Positions 1 through 10,600 of a stretch of 64,000 nt of DNA are shown piece after piece. The DNA lies in NCBI GenBank assembly GCA_009392005.1, contig VFHL01000006.1:10671-74670 (forward strand), read 5' to 3'. The stretch is from SAR202 cluster bacterium (GTDB taxonomy: Bacteria; Chloroflexota; Dehalococcoidia; UBA6926; VFHL01). The stretch's first letter is position 1; the number at the start of each line of letters is the position of its first letter. Position numbers and translations under genes: made by a program. The notes under the pieces are model-generated. The model worked only from the letters and a program-made list of their open reading frames with translations, was not told where the DNA came from and searched no databases.

Positions 1-428
1 GTGGGTGGGCGTGATCCCCACATTTGTTTTGATTCCTCACTAGCTTCAGGCGCAATATCCACAATCACCGCTTTCTCGACTATAGTTGGGTGCAAGGGAG
101 TATATAGAAGAGTATTCCATCCTCCCATTGACAAGCCAACGAGTGTAACTCGAGATAGGCCCAATGTATCAATAAAGACCGCTAGATCATCGACAAAGCG
201 ATCTCGACTATACCCATCTTCGGCCCAACCGCTTCCTCCATGGCCCCTTTGATCGACAGTCAATACTCGATAGTGGGGTGACATAGCTTCAGCAAATTCA
301 ATCCAAATACTCGAATCACCCGTATGACCGTGCAAGCAGACCATCACAGGTTTTGTTTCATTTCCCCAATCAAAATATCGCAAGCGAACACCGTTCACCA
401 CAAGATATTTTTCTATGTTTTCTGTCAT
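1..428 (-). CDS. alpha/beta-fold hydrolase, N-terminal part (gene runs off the window start)
   Basis: Minus-strand ATG at 428. Translation MTENIEKYLVVNGVRLRYFDWGNETKPVMVCLHGHTGDSS...LVGLSMGGW carries the HGxxG oxyanion and GxSxG nucleophile motifs. No stop lies inside the window. Confidence 0.6.
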   Translation of the reverse strand, partial: MTENIEKYLVVNGVRLRYFDWGNETKPVMVCLHGHTGDSSIWIEFAEAMSPHYRVLTVDQRGHGGSGWAEDGYSRDRFVDDLAVFIDTLGLSRVTLVGLSMGGWNTLLYTPLHPTIVEKAVIVDIAPEASEESKQMWGSRPP

Positions 429-598
429 AATTACCACAACTTTCTTCTAAATCCCTGTAGACTCATGCGCTTAATTCGGTTGATTCCAAAAGCGGACGTA
501 TTGTAGCACTATTCTACATCTACAAATGAGAAGAGTTAACGTGATACGATTGATTCAACAAACAAATTCATACAAAGAGGTCATAGAGGTTTAATTCA

Positions 599-1645
599 GT
601 GTCCACAATGAAAGCATGTGTCTACAAGAATGCTGGAGTGTTATCAATTGGTGATGTTCCTATTCCAACGCCTGGTCCCGGTGATGTCCTTGTAAAAACG
701 GGAGCCGCATCTTTGTGTTTTTCTGATATCCGTGTCTACAAAGGAGAAAAAAGCGCTACACCAAATGTCACCTTGGGACATGAAGTTGCAGGAACTATTG
801 TAGAAATCGGTTCAGATGTAAGCGGACTATCCATCGGTGATCGCGTAACCGCATGCCCAATAGTATCGTGCGGGGCATGTGAATACTGCCAAATGGGAAA
901 ACAGAACCGCTGTCAGAACCGGACAACATTAGGATATGATCATGATGGCGGAATCGCTGAGTATGTTTTATTACCAAAACAGCTTGTCGATATCGGCCAC
1001 CTCTTGAAGATTCCAAAAGATGTCCCATTCGACATTGCTTGCCAAAACGAACCATTCGCCTGTGCACTGTATTCTTTAGAAACCTGCAAGGTTAAAGCTG
1101 GGACGAATATAGCGATTATTGGAGCTGGGCCAATGGGGTTGACGCATTTGATCTTAGCAAAGCACCTGGGTGCAACAAATATTTTAGTAATTGATCAAAT
1201 CGATGAAAGACTAACTGCTGCTAAAAATTTGGGAGCAACCCAAACGCTTAATCATCTTGATGAAGAAACAGCAGCGAATGTTCTAAAAAAGGCCAATGGA
1301 GTTGGGTTCGATGCAGTAATTGTAACCGTCGGTAATGCGGAAGTCATTGAGGCTAGCGTTCATTTGGCCCGAAAACAAGGTTGGATAAATATTTTTGGTG
1401 GTTCACCACCTAGTTCTAAAGTATCACTCGATCCAAATTTGATTCATTACAATGAACTGTTTGTCACTGGCACACAAAATGCCCCTGTAGATCATTACAA
1501 GCGATCTTTAAGACTCCTCACTGAAATACAAGATGAAATTCATGCGATGGTAACGCACGAATTTCATATTGAAAATGCGATTGATGCATTTACAGCGCGT
1601 ACAAAGATGGATGGCCTAAAGGCCGTGATTAAGTTTGACAAATAA
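599..1645 (+). CDS. Zn-dependent medium-chain alcohol dehydrogenase/reductase (MDR) family
   Basis: GHE catalytic-zinc motif, structural-zinc Cys cluster CGACEYC...C, GAGPMG Rossmann motif. Alternative ATG start at 608; SD AGAGG at 585-589. Confidence 0.85.
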   Translation: MSTMKACVYKNAGVLSIGDVPIPTPGPGDVLVKTGAASLCFSDIRVYKGEKSATPNVTLGHEVAGTIVEIGSDVSGLSIGDRVTACPIVSCGACEYCQMGKQNRCQNRTTLGYDHDGGIAEYVLLPKQLVDIGHLLKIPKDVPFDIACQNEPFACALYSLETCKVKAGTNIAIIGAGPMGLTHLILAKHLGATNILVIDQIDERLTAAKNLGATQTLNHLDEETAANVLKKANGVGFDAVIVTVGNAEVIEASVHLARKQGWINIFGGSPPSSKVSLDPNLIHYNELFVTGTQNAPVDHYKRSLRLLTEIQDEIHAMVTHEFHIENAIDAFTARTKMDGLKAVIKFDK

Positions 1646-1819
1646 GCGCGTATTAGCAATGCAGACCGTTTTCGGCAGAGAAGCGGGGGGGGGGCGGGGG
1701 CGAAGTTTGCTCGGCTCCCCTTTAACCATGGGGGGGGGCTTGTCAAAGATACTTTGCTGAATTCTCAGTTCGATAACTTGACAAATGTACTGAACAAATA
1801 AATTTGGTACACTGTCGCA

Positions 1820-3043
1820 ATGAAATATTTCTTGCCATTATTTCTCTTATTGATTCAGCTCTTATTAGCCGTTGGTTGCTCTGACAGCTCAGAGCTTGAA
1901 GCGCGACTTGAAGCTGAAAATGCTTCTCTGAAAGAAGTTACGCAAACAAGTACTCCCGCTACAACGAGCAGCACACCAGTCGCAGTCACCCAGACCAGCA
2001 CGCCCACAGCTAGACCAACCACAACTTCGACCCCTGCTCGCGAAGGCGAAGCGCGCATAGTAGCCTTTTCTGAATGCGATATGAGTCCTCTGAAAATCAA
2101 ACTCTTTGTATCGAAGTTAATCCCTAACAATGAATTGAAGATCGTCGAAGAACAGGTCTGTTTATCAAAGGAGCTTTACTTTGATCGGCCTGAAACTAAC
2201 TGGGAGATGATTAGCCCCCTCTACATCGCTTTGCTTAATAGGGATGATTCAGAAAGTGCAGTTGAACTCGAAAAACTTTACTGCAACTACATATTGGAGC
2301 ACCATCCAATTGGTTGGCGTGATGGCCCATGTGGCCCATATGGAGGCAAAGACTGTGAAACAACTGGGAAATGTCTGTTCACCGAAAAAGACGGTAAAGT
2401 TGCCGGTTCTTGTATCTGCAGTGACTTCAGAGCTAGAGGCTATTACCTAATGAGACTCAAAAGTCATAAAATGCCACAGCATGAAAAAGGGTACAGAACT
2501 GTACCTCTGCACGAGCTCTTCCACATTTATCAACTATCTAGCATCGCTGACCCTGCAGTCTCGAGGGATGACTTATACAAGTTTATGGGCAAACGAATGG
2601 GCAACAACACAGTAGACGTTGCATGGTGGATGGAAGGCACTGCAACCTATCTGCAGCATTATTTCTACGCTCAGCAACCTGGTGCCGCTCCCAACTCTCT
2701 CCACAACGAAATGCGTCGATATCTGACTACCGATTACAACAGGAGCGGTTTGGGACCACTACCTGAGCAATACAAGAATGCTGGTAAGCCGCTAACGGAG
2801 TTTACGTTCCAAGAACCGGATAAGACTATTGCATATCGCATCGGCGCATGGTTTGTCGCCTTCTTAGTAGACGAAGTAGGTGTCGATAAGATCTTCGAAT
2901 TCTACCAAGGCCTTGAAGAGGCAGGTAGTTTCGAAACACAATTCGTAACGACGTTTGGGAAATCGCATACAGACTGGCTCAAGGATTTTGATATTTTTTT
3001 AGAAAAACCTTATGAGGAAAAGATGGCGATTATTCCGAATTGA
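1820..3043 (+). CDS. secreted lipoprotein, putative zinc metallopeptidase (HExxH...EG, BSP-like family)
   Basis: Signal peptide with lipobox LAVGC, Thr/Pro-rich linker, Cys-rich segment, HELFH followed about 25 aa later by WMEGTATY. Confidence 0.55.
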   Translation: MKYFLPLFLLLIQLLLAVGCSDSSELEARLEAENASLKEVTQTSTPATTSSTPVAVTQTSTPTARPTTTSTPAREGEARIVAFSECDMSPLKIKLFVSKLIPNNELKIVEEQVCLSKELYFDRPETNWEMISPLYIALLNRDDSESAVELEKLYCNYILEHHPIGWRDGPCGPYGGKDCETTGKCLFTEKDGKVAGSCICSDFRARGYYLMRLKSHKMPQHEKGYRTVPLHELFHIYQLSSIADPAVSRDDLYKFMGKRMGNNTVDVAWWMEGTATYLQHYFYAQQPGAAPNSLHNEMRRYLTTDYNRSGLGPLPEQYKNAGKPLTEFTFQEPDKTIAYRIGAWFVAFLVDEVGVDKIFEFYQGLEEAGSFETQFVTTFGKSHTDWLKDFDIFLEKPYEEKMAIIPN

Positions 3044-3184
3044 TCAGGAATTGGATTGTCAGATTTCACTCTGTGCTTGAAACGATGGATTAGAGTGATA
3101 ATCCGGACGTTTGAAGTATCGAAATACGTTAGAAAATAGGGACTTTTGCGGCAGAGCGTGACGCTCAAAGCTCCGGTCTCTTAA

Positions 3185-3217
3185 TAAAAATGCGGAAACC
3201 CTTGTTATATAGGGTTT
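3185..3217 (-). terminator. intrinsic terminator downstream of tRNA-Ala/rplT unit
   Basis: Minus-strand RNA AAACCCU-auauaaca-AGGGUUU, a 7-bp stem, followed after 3 nt by a U-rich tract (plus-strand A-run 3185-3190). Confidence 0.5.
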
Positions 3218-3220
3218 AGA

Positions 3221-3296
3221 TGGTGGAGCTGAGGGGAATCGAACCCCTGACCTCCTCAATGCCATTGAGGCGCTCTCCCAACTGAGCTACAGCCCC
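3221..3296 (-). tRNA. tRNA-Ala (anticodon GGC)
   Basis: 76-nt cloverleaf read on the reverse complement: acceptor GGGGCUG/CAGCUCC with G3:U70, anticodon loop AUGGCAU, TPsiC GGTTCGATTCC, encoded CCA. Confidence 0.9.
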
Positions 3297-3366
3297 CTAA
3301 ACATTTTAAACGCGCTGTATTGAGATGATCGGCGAATGTATTTCCAGCCTTGATCTTACAGTCTAC

Positions 3367-3726
3367 TTACGCAGCTTGATGTGCTTTTGCAACTTCAGCA
3401 ATCTGTGCGAACGCGTCGGGCTCTTTCACAGCAATATCTGCGAGCATCTTACGATCAACCCTAACATTTGCTTTTTGCAGACCATAGATAAACTTAGAGT
3501 ATGTTATGCCATTCAGTCGGGCGGCTGCATTAATCCGCTGGATCCAAAGTCGTCGCATATCGCCTTTGCGTTCTCGTCTGTGGGCGTAAGCATAGCTCAA
3601 CGACTTTAGCATCGCTTCATGTGCCCGACGGAACAATCGATGTCGAGTGCCCCACTGGCCTTTGGTTATTTTCAAAACTTTTTTGTGGCGACGCCTAGTC
3701 TTAGGACCACCTCTTACACGTGGCAT
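3367..3726 (-). CDS. rplT: 50S ribosomal protein L20
   Basis: MPRVRGGPKTRRRHKKVLKITKG... is a typical L20 sequence. Conserved infC-rpmI-rplT order. Confidence 0.95.
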   Translation of the reverse strand: MPRVRGGPKTRRRHKKVLKITKGQWGTRHRLFRRAHEAMLKSLSYAYAHRRERKGDMRRLWIQRINAAARLNGITYSKFIYGLQKANVRVDRKMLADIAVKEPDAFAQIAEVAKAHQAA

Positions 3727-3738
3727 TCTCTATCCTTC

Positions 3739-3948
3739 TTATCTTTTACCCGTACCATACGGTAATACGCGTTTGATACGTTTGTCGTCTGATGGATTCA
3801 TTGCGAACATCTCAGAGAACTTACGCCTAACCCGCTTCGGTTTTTTTAGCCTTAAGTGACTAGACATTTGTTTCCTGCGCATTAGCTTTCCCGAACCGGA
3901 GATCTTGAATCGCTTTTGAGCACCCTTATGTGTTTTAATTTTTGGCAT
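3739..3948 (-). CDS. rpmI: 50S ribosomal protein L35
   Basis: MPKIKTHKGAQKRFKISGSGK... is a typical L35 sequence. Confidence 0.95.
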   Translation of the reverse strand: MPKIKTHKGAQKRFKISGSGKLMRRKQMSSHLRLKKPKRVRRKFSEMFAMNPSDDKRIKRVLPYGTGKR

Positions 3949-3949
3949 T

Positions 3950-4507
3950 TTATGCTTTATCTTTCTTTTCAGATTCGCCTTTGGTCGACACGGGTTTGGT
4001 TTTTCCCGGCGCCAGAACCATGCTCATGGTCCTACCTTCCATACGCGGTGCGGCATCTACAATAGCGATGTCCCCTACAGATTCCGCAACCTTCGCTAAA
4101 AGCACTGCTCCTTGCTCTGGATGCATAATCTCCCGTCCCCTAAACAAAACGAAGACACGAACCTTATCTCCACCATCAAGGAATTGACGTATCTTTCGCG
4201 TCTTAAAATCTATATCATGTGCGCCAATCTTCGGCCTTAAGCGCACCTCACTAACCGTATTACTCTTTTGAGCTTTCTTTGCTTCTCGCTCTTTTTTCGA
4301 TTGGTCATAACGGAATTTGTCATAGTCAAGCATCCGACATACAGGTGGTTGGACATTGCTCGCTACTTCCACTAAGTCAAGATCTCGACCACGAGCCAAG
4401 TCAACAGCCTCACGAAGCTCCATTACGCCCAGCTTTTCGCCATCATCAGCGATCACCATTACTTCGCGCGCTCTAATCTTTTCGTTGATAAAGTACTCTT
4501 TAGCTAT
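3950..4507 (-). CDS. infC: translation initiation factor IF-3; probable non-AUG (AUA) start at 4507, first internal AUG at 4459
   Basis: The in-frame upstream extension encodes the conserved IF-3 N-terminus ...AKEYFINEKIRAREV. The reading frame opens just after a TAG at 4511-4513. AGGTG SD lies 6 nt upstream of the ATA codon at 4505-4507. Confidence 0.85.
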   Translation of the reverse strand: MAKEYFINEKIRAREVMVIADDGEKLGVMELREAVDLARGRDLDLVEVASNVQPPVCRMLDYDKFRYDQSKKEREAKKAQKSNTVSEVRLRPKIGAHDIDFKTRKIRQFLDGGDKVRVFVLFRGREIMHPEQGAVLLAKVAESVGDIAIVDAAPRMEGRTMSMVLAPGKTKPVSTKGESEKKDKA

Positions 4508-4611
4508 ATTCTACACCTGCATTCCGTTAGTTTCCGAACTGCGCCGAATATAGCATCGGATTCGTTATCAAGTCAAGATTCTCATCGTCAACGGCAACTA
4601 ATTTCCTAATC

Positions 4612-5889
4612 CTATGAACTTGTAGGTGGTTTGGGTTGGGATGCAACCAACATAATAATGCCCGCTAACACCCACGAAATCGCGAAAACTGTGAACGCCA
4701 AATCGTAGCTGCCAAGCCTATCCCACATTAAGCCCGCAAAAACTGGGGTTACAGTACCAACGATTGTACTTACCGGAGTAACAAATCCGCGAATAGTTCC
4801 AGCATTCTGCCTACCAAAATAGGTTGGCCATACTACATTCATAATCGTAGGATATCCACCCATCATCAGACCATAAAGCACAGCATATACGTAAAACATC
4901 GCAAGATCTTGGGAAACGACAACGATCATCAACGAGAGACCCGCAGTGATCGTACATAAGGAGAGTACCCACCGAACTTGAATTCGTTCAGTTAATAATC
5001 CCCATGGCAATTTACTGATCACTGCACATAATGCGACTAAAGTTGCAATTGATGCAGCCGCACCAAGACCAAGTCCTTTGTCCTGCATGTAAGCAACTTG
5101 GTGAAATAACGTTGGTGACAAGGCAGCAAATCCAAGAGTTTGCGAACCCAAAATGAGCCAAAAAGCCGACGTCTTTGATGCTTGCCGAACAGTCCAGGGA
5201 AATTCGGAGTTGGCACCCATATTGCCAGCAGATTCTACATTAGAAGACTCGCCATCAGGGTACATATCCATATCTTCAGGACTACGCCGCATGAAGAGCC
5301 CCGAAATTGGTGTGATCGCGAAAATGACGACAATCCCAAGGATCACCCACGCAGTTCTCCAGCCATATTCGCTAATGGCCCATCCCGCTAATGGTGCAAT
5401 TACAACGCCACCAGTTGAAATACCCATCGTACCTATAGCCATCGCTCGACCGCGGCGCTGGATAAACCATTTTGAAATAATCGCAGGACCAACCAGCATG
5501 CCCCCCATCGCAAGCATTGCCAAGCCAAAAACTATGCCGTAGATCACATAGAATTGCCACAGGGTTTGCACAGTCGCGGTTGCAATCAAAGTAACCCCAG
5601 CTATAACTCCACCTACAGAAAGTAATATTCTGGGCCCATGTTTCTTATCGACTAAAATTCCCAACAAAGGAACAACGGGCATCAGAACCAATCGAAACAG
5701 TGAAACACTGGAAAATTCTGTCCGGGTGATGCCGAGATCAGTACTCATTGGCAAAACAAAGAATGACAATCCGTATCCCGTGATCCCTGCTGTGATCATA
5801 CTCGTCATAAACGTTATGAGCACGATAATCCATCCATAAAAGAAGCGCCCACCCGTTAAACTTCGAGCTGTTTTATCAGCAAAAGCCAT
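4612..5889 (-). CDS. MFS transporter (12 predicted TM helices)
   Basis: Hydrophobic helix pattern with a central loop, typical MFS architecture. Confidence 0.8.
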   Translation of the reverse strand: MAFADKTARSLTGGRFFYGWIIVLITFMTSMITAGITGYGLSFFVLPMSTDLGITRTEFSSVSLFRLVLMPVVPLLGILVDKKHGPRILLSVGGVIAGVTLIATATVQTLWQFYVIYGIVFGLAMLAMGGMLVGPAIISKWFIQRRGRAMAIGTMGISTGGVVIAPLAGWAISEYGWRTAWVILGIVVIFAITPISGLFMRRSPEDMDMYPDGESSNVESAGNMGANSEFPWTVRQASKTSAFWLILGSQTLGFAALSPTLFHQVAYMQDKGLGLGAAASIATLVALCAVISKLPWGLLTERIQVRWVLSLCTITAGLSLMIVVVSQDLAMFYVYAVLYGLMMGGYPTIMNVVWPTYFGRQNAGTIRGFVTPVSTIVGTVTPVFAGLMWDRLGSYDLAFTVFAISWVLAGIIMLVASQPKPPTSS

Positions 5890-6220
5890 ATGTTATTAAC
5901 TCCATGATATTTTTCTAGGCGGGAGCAATTCTGCCGCACGACCTAATCAAAAACTGAAAGAGATGAATGCGATAGACCCTAATAAAAATTAGGTGAAGTC
6001 ATGCCGGTCACAGTAAACAAACCATAACGCACTCATGGCACCTCAGGACAGTCGCCAAATTATACAAGATTTCATTGTTCGGCATACCTTTATACCAACT
6101 CTTGGTAAATTTCAAGACGTTTAGTACTTCGACACTCATTAATTACAAAACCATTGAAAATGTGAAAAACAAAACACGTGGTACAATCAAATCAGACGTT
6201 TAATTAAACACATTCACGGG

Positions 6221-6817
6221 GTGATTCAAATGGAATACTGTCCGAAGTGCGGGAGTGAACTCGAGTCTAAACTAGAGGGTGGACGGGATCGACCAGCCTG
6301 CCCTGCTGAAGGATGTGGATTCATACACTTCGGGAATTTCTCCATTGGCGCAGGAGCCGTTGTGATACGAGACGGTAAAGCACTCTTGATCCAACGCGGA
6401 ATTGAGCCCAATCGTGGCGCATGGCAGTTACCCGGAGGATACATTGAATCTGATGAGGAAATCATCGCCGGAGTAGAACGTGAAGTCCTTGAAGAAGCCG
6501 GTATTAAGGCGCGTGTCTCAGACGTCGTAGGTTTTCGCCACGCACCTGGCCGTGGCGACGGACAAGCTAACATATATGTCGTTTTTCGACTTGATCATAT
6601 TGAGGGAGAGCCACAACACGACGGCGTTGAAACTCTAGGTGCAGGATTTTTCAGCCTCGATGAGATGGAAGAAATGGATAAAGTTCAAACTTTGTCTACC
6701 TGGTCAATTCAACGTGCCCTGATATCAATTCGCGAGTCAGGACTACGACCTGACCTCAACCGTGAAGGCGTCAACATGCCAGGTAGGGGATGGTCACTTT
6801 TTGGGTTAAATATATAA
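6221..6817 (+). CDS. Nudix hydrolase with N-terminal C4 zinc ribbon (NudC-like layout)
   Basis: CPKCG...CPAEGC zinc ribbon. Canonical Nudix box GGYIESDEEIIAGVEREVLEEAG. Likely ATG start at 6230, with GGGGTG SD just upstream. Confidence 0.8.
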   Translation: MIQMEYCPKCGSELESKLEGGRDRPACPAEGCGFIHFGNFSIGAGAVVIRDGKALLIQRGIEPNRGAWQLPGGYIESDEEIIAGVEREVLEEAGIKARVSDVVGFRHAPGRGDGQANIYVVFRLDHIEGEPQHDGVETLGAGFFSLDEMEEMDKVQTLSTWSIQRALISIRESGLRPDLNREGVNMPGRGWSLFGLNI

Positions 6818-6897
6818 ATTGACCTAAACACGACGGTTTCAGCCAATTAAAGGATCGCTCAGTTCTATTTTCGGATTTGTATGGACCAAAATATTAT

Positions 6898-7695
6898 CTA
6901 TAAGTGAATTCTTGGAGCGCTCTCTTCTGACCAATCAATAGTCTCCAATTGCATAGCAGGTCCGTCTTTGCACACCAATTTGAGACCATCATCAGTCATT
7001 ACTGTACAACCATAACAGAAGCCAAAACCACATCCCATCCGCAATTCCATTAGTGCTGTGATCGGTTTACGCAAGCTGCCATCTTTTTGCATCCGCGCGA
7101 GACTCTCCAACATTGGGGTCGGACCGCACGCAACAATCCAATCAGCGGTCTCCTCTTCATGTAGTAGCAAATGGGTCACGAAACCTCTATGCCCCGCTGA
7201 GCCATCTTCTGTCGCGGTTAATTCTCGAACACCATTTGGTAAAAGAGAGCCCGGGTACATAACATAATTTGATTGAGCTCCATATAGCAACGTCACTGTA
7301 CACCCCAAATTAACTGTCTCCTCCGCCAAAGCGGTTAAAGATGCAATCCCGATCCCTCCAGCAACCAAAACAACATTTTTTGCGCTCTCCGGGATCTCAA
7401 TTGGAGACCCGAGCGGCCCCAAGACATCCACGTAATCTCCTGGCGTTCGCTTTGCCAATTCTCCTGTCCCAATTCCTGCCTTGCTATAAACAAGAACCAC
7501 CTGATTTGATTCCGCGTTTATCGAACTCAAGGCAAACGGGCGACGCAAGAAAGTATCACCGTCACCAACCGCTAGCATCACAAATTGCCCTGGTTTCCCA
7601 TTAGATGCAACATCTGCTGCCTCGATCCGCAATTGAAAGACATCCCTAGCTATCTCATTTTGCTCAATTATAAGAGCTTCACTTTTGTAAACCAT
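6898..7695 (-). CDS. pyrK: dihydroorotate dehydrogenase (class 1B) electron-transfer subunit
   Basis: FAD/NAD-binding ferredoxin-reductase fold with C-terminal 2Fe-2S motif CGFGFCYGC. Last gene of the pyr operon. Confidence 0.9.
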   Translation of the reverse strand: MVYKSEALIIEQNEIARDVFQLRIEAADVASNGKPGQFVMLAVGDGDTFLRRPFALSSINAESNQVVLVYSKAGIGTGELAKRTPGDYVDVLGPLGSPIEIPESAKNVVLVAGGIGIASLTALAEETVNLGCTVTLLYGAQSNYVMYPGSLLPNGVRELTATEDGSAGHRGFVTHLLLHEEETADWIVACGPTPMLESLARMQKDGSLRKPITALMELRMGCGFGFCYGCTVMTDDGLKLVCKDGPAMQLETIDWSEESAPRIHL

Positions 7696-10600
7696 TTGTT
7701 CCCTCGTCTTTAAAATATTGGTTTAACGGTTTAATGCTGTAACTATGTTCCTTGTCTACCCCTGAAATCACTGCTACTCTTGCCGTATCTAATGAAGTAA
7801 AACACGGAACGCCCATTTCTGCAGCGGCACGACGTATGTCAAAACCATCGCGCAACACCACGCGACCCCCGGTGAGAGTATTGATCACTGCCGACACCGT
7901 GCCATCTCGAATCACCTCTTCGACATTCGGAGAACCCGTCCCCAATTTAGCAACGGTGGTGACAGGCATATCCAAATTTGCAATCATAGCTGCCGTCCCA
8001 CCCGTCGCGAATAATTTGTGGCCCTGATGAACAAGTTGCCGTACCAACGGTATAGCATCTTCTTTATCTCGATCTGCAATACTAAGCAGAACACTTGAAT
8101 CAGGTCGCAGACCAAGATTTGCTGCAATCAGTGCCTTCGCCATTGCTCCATCAAAAGTGTTATCAACACCCATGACTTCACCCGTTGATTTCATTTCAGG
8201 TCCTAAATAGGTATCAACCCCCACTAATTTGGCCATTGATGAAACAGGTGCCTTGATCGCCCATAATCCTTGATCTGGCCAAAGACCACTATAATATCCT
8301 AATGATTTCAAGCTTTGACCAAGCATAACTTTAGTAGCCAATTTGACCATCGGAATTTTCGTAACTTTAGAGATGAAAGGGATCGTCCGGCTCGATCTTG
8401 GGTTTACTTCTATTACATAGAGCGGTTCATTCTCATCATCACCAGAACCATGATCGATCGGCAATACAAATTGAATATTCATCAATCCGATAATTCCGAG
8501 ACCACGGCCAAGTCTAACTGTATAATCCACTACTGCCTTAATCTCATCCTCAGTTAGTGTTACTCCGGGATACACAGCCATAGAATCCCCACTGTGAACA
8601 CCAGCTCGTTCGATATGCTCCATGATGCCCGGGATGAAAACATCCTCTCCGTCACACACCGCATCAACTTCAATCTCGCGACCTTCAATGTACTTATCAA
8701 CCAAAATTGGTTTGCCTTGACCAATCTCAGCCGCAATACCAACATACGCGGCTAGCTCATCATCATTGTGAACCACTTCCATCGCACGCCCACCAAGAAC
8801 AAAACTAGGTCGTACGACGACTGGATATCCAAGATATTGTGTGACCTCAATAGCCTCTTCAATGGTTAGCACAGCCGCGCCAGGTGGTTGGGGAATCCCT
8901 TCATGCTCAAGGAAATTCTCGAATCGCTCTCGATTCTCAGCCCGTTCAATCGTTTCCAAACTAGAACCCAGAATCGGCATCCCAAAATGATCTAATTTCT
9001 CTGCCAGATTAATAGCGGTTTGTCCTCCAAACTGAACAACACTTTGGGGTGGCTCAGGGCCGTCTGAGAGCATGCTGACTTCATTGTCTAATACGTTCAT
9101 CACACTTTCCGAATCCAACGGCTCAAAATACAGTCGGTCACTCGTATCAAAATCAGTTGAAACTGTTTCTGGATTAGAATTGATCATAATGCTGCGGACA
9201 CCCTCTTCTTGCAAGGCCCAAGCTGCATGGACCGAGCAGTAATCAAATTCGATCCCCTGTCCAATACGTATAGGGCCTGAGCCAAGAATTACTGCAGTGG
9301 CTGAATTTGTTGGTAATGCTTCATTCTCTTGCTCATAAGTGCTGTAGAAATACGGTGTCACAGCATCAAATTCGGCAGCGCAAGTATCGACCAACTTAAA
9401 AACAGGCAAAATATTCCACTGTTTACGAAGCGCAATGACTTGATCCTCTAAACGATCAGCCAAAGTGGCAATCTGAACATCTGAAAAACCAAGACGCTTA
9501 CTTTGTAACAAAAGATCTTGATTCAACTCCTCACCAAGCAGGCGTCTCTCCATCATAACAATGCGGTTCAATTTATCGAGAAACCAAGGATCTATGCCAG
9601 TATGCTGGGCTATTTCTACAGGTGTCGCATTGCGACGTAAAGCTGCCATTAGCGCCCAAAGCCTCTGGTCATGTGGAGGAAACAGCAATTCGTTCTCGGA
9701 ACCCAAATGTGAAGATCCCAGGAATTCATCCCATTCTGGATCCTCCCATAATAGTGAACGGCCACCGATTTCCAATGCCCGAACAGCTTTCTGCAAAGCA
9801 ACTTCAAATGACCGATCAATCGTCATAACCTCACCGGTCGCCTTCATTTGAGTCCCCATCACTCGATCTCCACCAGGGAATTTATCGAAAGGCCAGCGAG
9901 GAATCTTTACCACACAATAATCAAGCGTTGGTTCAAATGCTGCTGTTGTAGAATCAGTTACTGCATTCGTGATCTCGTCCAAATTCTTGCCGACCGCAAT
10001 CTTGGCAGCGACTCGGGCAATGGGATAGCCAGTTGCCTTACTTGCAAGAGCAGAACTCCGTGAGACACGTGGGTTTACTTCTATAACGTAGTAAGGGTCC
10101 GCGTCGTCAACATTTAAATCCATCCCCTCGGCAACGATTGGGTGGGGGCGTAAAGCAAACTGTACATTGCACCCACCCTCGATCCCGAGTGCTCGAATAA
10201 TCCTTAAACTTGCTGACCTAAGCATTTGATGGTCTTTGTCGGTCAGGGTTTGACTCGGAGCAACAACGATACTATCGCCAGTATGGACACCCATCGGGTC
10301 CAAGTTTTCCATATTACAAATAGTGATGCATGTATCAGAAGCGTCGCGCATCACCTCATATTCCAACTCTTTCCAACCGACCAAACTACGTTCCAATAGT
10401 ACTTGATTTACGGGACTGCTCCGCAATCCCATTGAAACTATAGTCTCCATTTCTTCCCATGTATCAGCCACGCCGCCACCAGTACCACCTAAGGTATATG
10501 CTGGGCGTACTATCAACGGCAGACCGATCGTTTCCGCAGCAGCGCGCGCCTCATCAAGACTCGTAACTGTTTTGCTTTCAGGTACAGGCTCACCAAGAGA

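Noticed and set aside
3059-3265. 68-aa minus-strand ORF
   Set aside because: Overlaps the tRNA-Ala gene and its terminator. It has no SD and low-complexity Arg/Ser/Pro-rich content, so it looks spurious.
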